From positions 1 through 42,804 of IMG/VR virus record IMGVR_UViG_3300030105_003769: a stretch of 42,804 nt of DNA. The stretch is one strand, 5' to 3'. The translations under genes were made by a program, and so were the position numbers. Shown here one piece after another: positions 41,372-42,804 of the stretch. The stretch's first letter is position 1. Every line of letters starts with the position of its first letter. Below the pieces are notes generated by a model. The model did not search any database, was not told where the DNA came from, and saw only the letters and a list, made by a program, of their open reading frames with translations. The DNA is from a virus.

Positions 41372-41926
41372 ATGTTAAATCAAACAGTAATTAAAAAAAC
41401 AAAATTAGAATTATTAAATCTAATTTCAATTGAGGAAAAATATATAACAGATATGGAAAATAATATTTCATACGGTTTTGAAAACGGTGATATGAATGAT
41501 GATGATTTTAATCATTATGAAAGCAACATAAAAAATTCAAAAATCCAATTAGAAAAATATCAATCTGAATTAAAAAATATCACAAAAGCAGTTTTTCCGG
41601 AAATTAAATATTCAAAAACATTTGTAGAAATAGAGCTTTTGTTAATTGAAACAGAGGAAAGTAAAAGCCATTTTTTATCGTATAAAACAGCCTGTAATAA
41701 TCTTATTACAGCTGGTTTAATTGATGATTATATTTTGTGCGAGAATGAACAAAAGGTTTATGTTGATAAATATACCTGGGAGGGATATAGTGATGAGGAG
41801 ATAGTTAAAGTTGCTGAAATTGATATGTATGATTATATTGATGAGTTGTCGTTAGATCAATGCAGTAGGCTTTTAAAAGCTCACCTTGATAATGATGATT
41901 CTGATAATGATGATTTACCTTTTTAG
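41372..41926 (+). CDS. Acidic protein ending in an SSB-type C-terminal tip (...DNDDSDNDDLPF)
   Basis: The last residues, DDLPF, match the conserved bacterial SSB C-terminal peptide (D-D-D-[IL]-P-F). The body is helical and acidic, with no OB-fold SSB motifs recognised. Confidence 0.55.
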   Translation: MLNQTVIKKTKLELLNLISIEEKYITDMENNISYGFENGDMNDDDFNHYESNIKNSKIQLEKYQSELKNITKAVFPEIKYSKTFVEIELLLIETEESKSHFLSYKTACNNLITAGLIDDYILCENEQKVYVDKYTWEGYSDEEIVKVAEIDMYDYIDELSLDQCSRLLKAHLDNDDSDNDDLPF

Positions 41927-41953
41927 ATATTTTTTTTAGTGAGATTTTTTATG

Positions 41954-41981
41954 GAGGCTCTGATGTAGCATGAGGAGCCTC
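41954..41981 (+). terminator. Hairpin; weak terminator
   Basis: GAGGCTC (41954-41960) pairs with GAGCCTC (41975-41981), but the T-tract is poor. Confidence 0.35.
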
Positions 41982-42010
41982 TAATTTTAAACTTTAAAAT
42001 TAATAGTAAG

Positions 42011-42121
42011 ATGAAAGTTAAAAAGACAAAAAAAGCGATTAAGAAAACAAATGAGACTTTAAAGAAGATCCACAAAAATCCTCTTTTCAATATCTCAGAT
42101 GTAAAAAGTAAGAATTTTTAA
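42011..42121 (+). CDS. 36-aa basic peptide (MKVKKTKKAIKKTNETLKKIHKNPLFNISDVKSKNF)
   Basis: Read by hand. The ATG lies 3 nt after the motif variant ATTAATAGT. Confidence 0.3.
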   Translation: MKVKKTKKAIKKTNETLKKIHKNPLFNISDVKSKNF

Positions 42122-42153
42122 AACCAGTCGAAAGGCTAAAAATCATTAGTAAA

Positions 42154-42702
42154 AATGTCAGATACAAAAGAAATTCAAATTATCAATCCTGAAGATTACG
42201 GATTGGAAGCAAAAAAAGGGAATGAATTGACAACAGGATTAACAGTTGTAAAAGCAGAAAGGGAACTATTAATTAATGAGTTCAATGAACTTTCAGCGTT
42301 GGAGCTTACAAAAGAAAATATTCCACATTTTAAAACTTTGCGTTTGAAAATTGCAAAGAATCGAACTCAAGGGATTAACAAATGGCATAAATCCAACAAA
42401 GAATTTTTCCTAACAGGGGGAAGATTTGTGGATGCTATCAAAAACAAAGAAGCAAACGTAAATGAAACGATGGAGGCTTATTTGTTAAAAGGGGAAAAGT
42501 ATTTTGAAGATTTAGAAAAGGCTAGATTATTAAGGTTGCAAGAAAAGAGGGTTGGTTTAATTACTGAATTTATTGAGAATGCTGAATTAATGAATTTTGG
42601 AGATATGGATCAAGAGGTTTGGGATGCTTATTTTAAAACTAAAAAGGATCAACATTTTGTAATTGTCGAGGCTCAAATAAAAGCAGAAAAAGAGAGGATT
42701 GA
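42154..42702 (+). CDS. Early protein of 182 aa. It is absent from the supplied ORF track and is probably the N-terminal part of a split or frameshifted gene that continues in the +1 frame across the junction.
   Basis: I translated it codon by codon: ATG at 42154, no internal stop, TGA at 42700-42702. The start is preceded by ATCATTAGT. The sequence MSDTKEIQIINPEDYGLEAKKGNELTTGL...KNRTQGINKWHKSNKEFFLTGGRFVDAIK loosely recalls the DUF1351-type proteins that accompany phage recombinases. Confidence 0.6.
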
Positions 42703-42705
42703 AAA

Positions 42706-42804
42706 AATTGAAGAGGAGAAAAAGGAACAGGAGAGAATAAGGAAAGAAAACGAGCAATTAAGAAAGGAGGTAGCAGCAAAAGAAAAGATACATCAAGCCT
42801 CTTT
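42706..42804. repeat. Terminal overlap copy (identical to 1-99)
   Basis: Direct comparison of both ends. Confidence 0.95.

Noticed and set aside
1-42804. Temperate lifestyle or mobile-element features (integrase, excisionase with att site, transposase)
   Set aside because: I recognised no tyrosine or serine recombinase or transposase motifs in any ORF. The MerR/Xis-like HTH at 38171 is fused to a membrane domain and has no partner integrase. Absence cannot be proven without profile searches.

Overview
The window is a complete, circularly closed phage genome. Bases 1-99 are identical to 42706-42804, so the unique length is 42705 bp. It is AT-rich, and every credible gene lies on the + strand, whose sense strand is purine-rich. 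Several intergenic regions carry the Bacteroidota-type -7 promoter box TAnnTTTG, one with a perfectly spaced TTTG -33 box, so I infer a Bacteroidota (Flavobacteriia-like) host. The virion module looks siphovirus-like: a 1091-aa tape measure and no recognisable sheath.

Layout:
- Early, recombination and replication arm, 38.1 kb through the junction to 11.2 kb: HTH and membrane proteins, a RecT-like annealing protein with a YqaJ-like PD-(D/E)XK exonuclease, a replication initiator with a Phg_2220_C-type C-terminus, a DPPY DNA methyltransferase, a RuvC-like resolvase, and a PolB-exo-like 3'-5' exonuclease.
- Accessory island, 11.2-13.4 kb: small ORFs, two GC-rich structured elements and small hydrophobic peptides.
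- Packaging and morphogenesis, 13.4-35.3 kb: HNH-like nuclease, a secreted S8 subtilase, TerS, TerL, portal, scaffold, major capsid, neck proteins, tape measure and a tail fibre.
- Three secreted or lipoproteins, a holin and an EF-hand protein, 35.3-37.9 kb.

I could not recognise an integrase, DNA polymerase, primase, helicase, endolysin, tRNA or CRISPR array.

No single complete novel system can be named from sequence alone. The strongest leads are DNA- or RNA-level signals that the ORFs do not explain:
- Two paralogous GC-rich hairpin elements with compensatory changes (12185-12677).
- A helically phased TTGTCA array plus regional enrichment (39.08-40.0 kb).
- A 9-mer, ATCAATAGT, abutting about ten early-gene start codons.
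- Paired TGTGATA boxes on three early promoters.
- A promoter, micro-ORF and terminator leader in front of the replication gene, with frame-independent iterons inside that gene.
- An acidic protein ending in the SSB C-terminal tip ...DDLPF.
- A signal-peptide and membrane-anchor subtilase.
- A split gene across the junction whose upstream ORF (42154..42702) is missing from the supplied ORF track.
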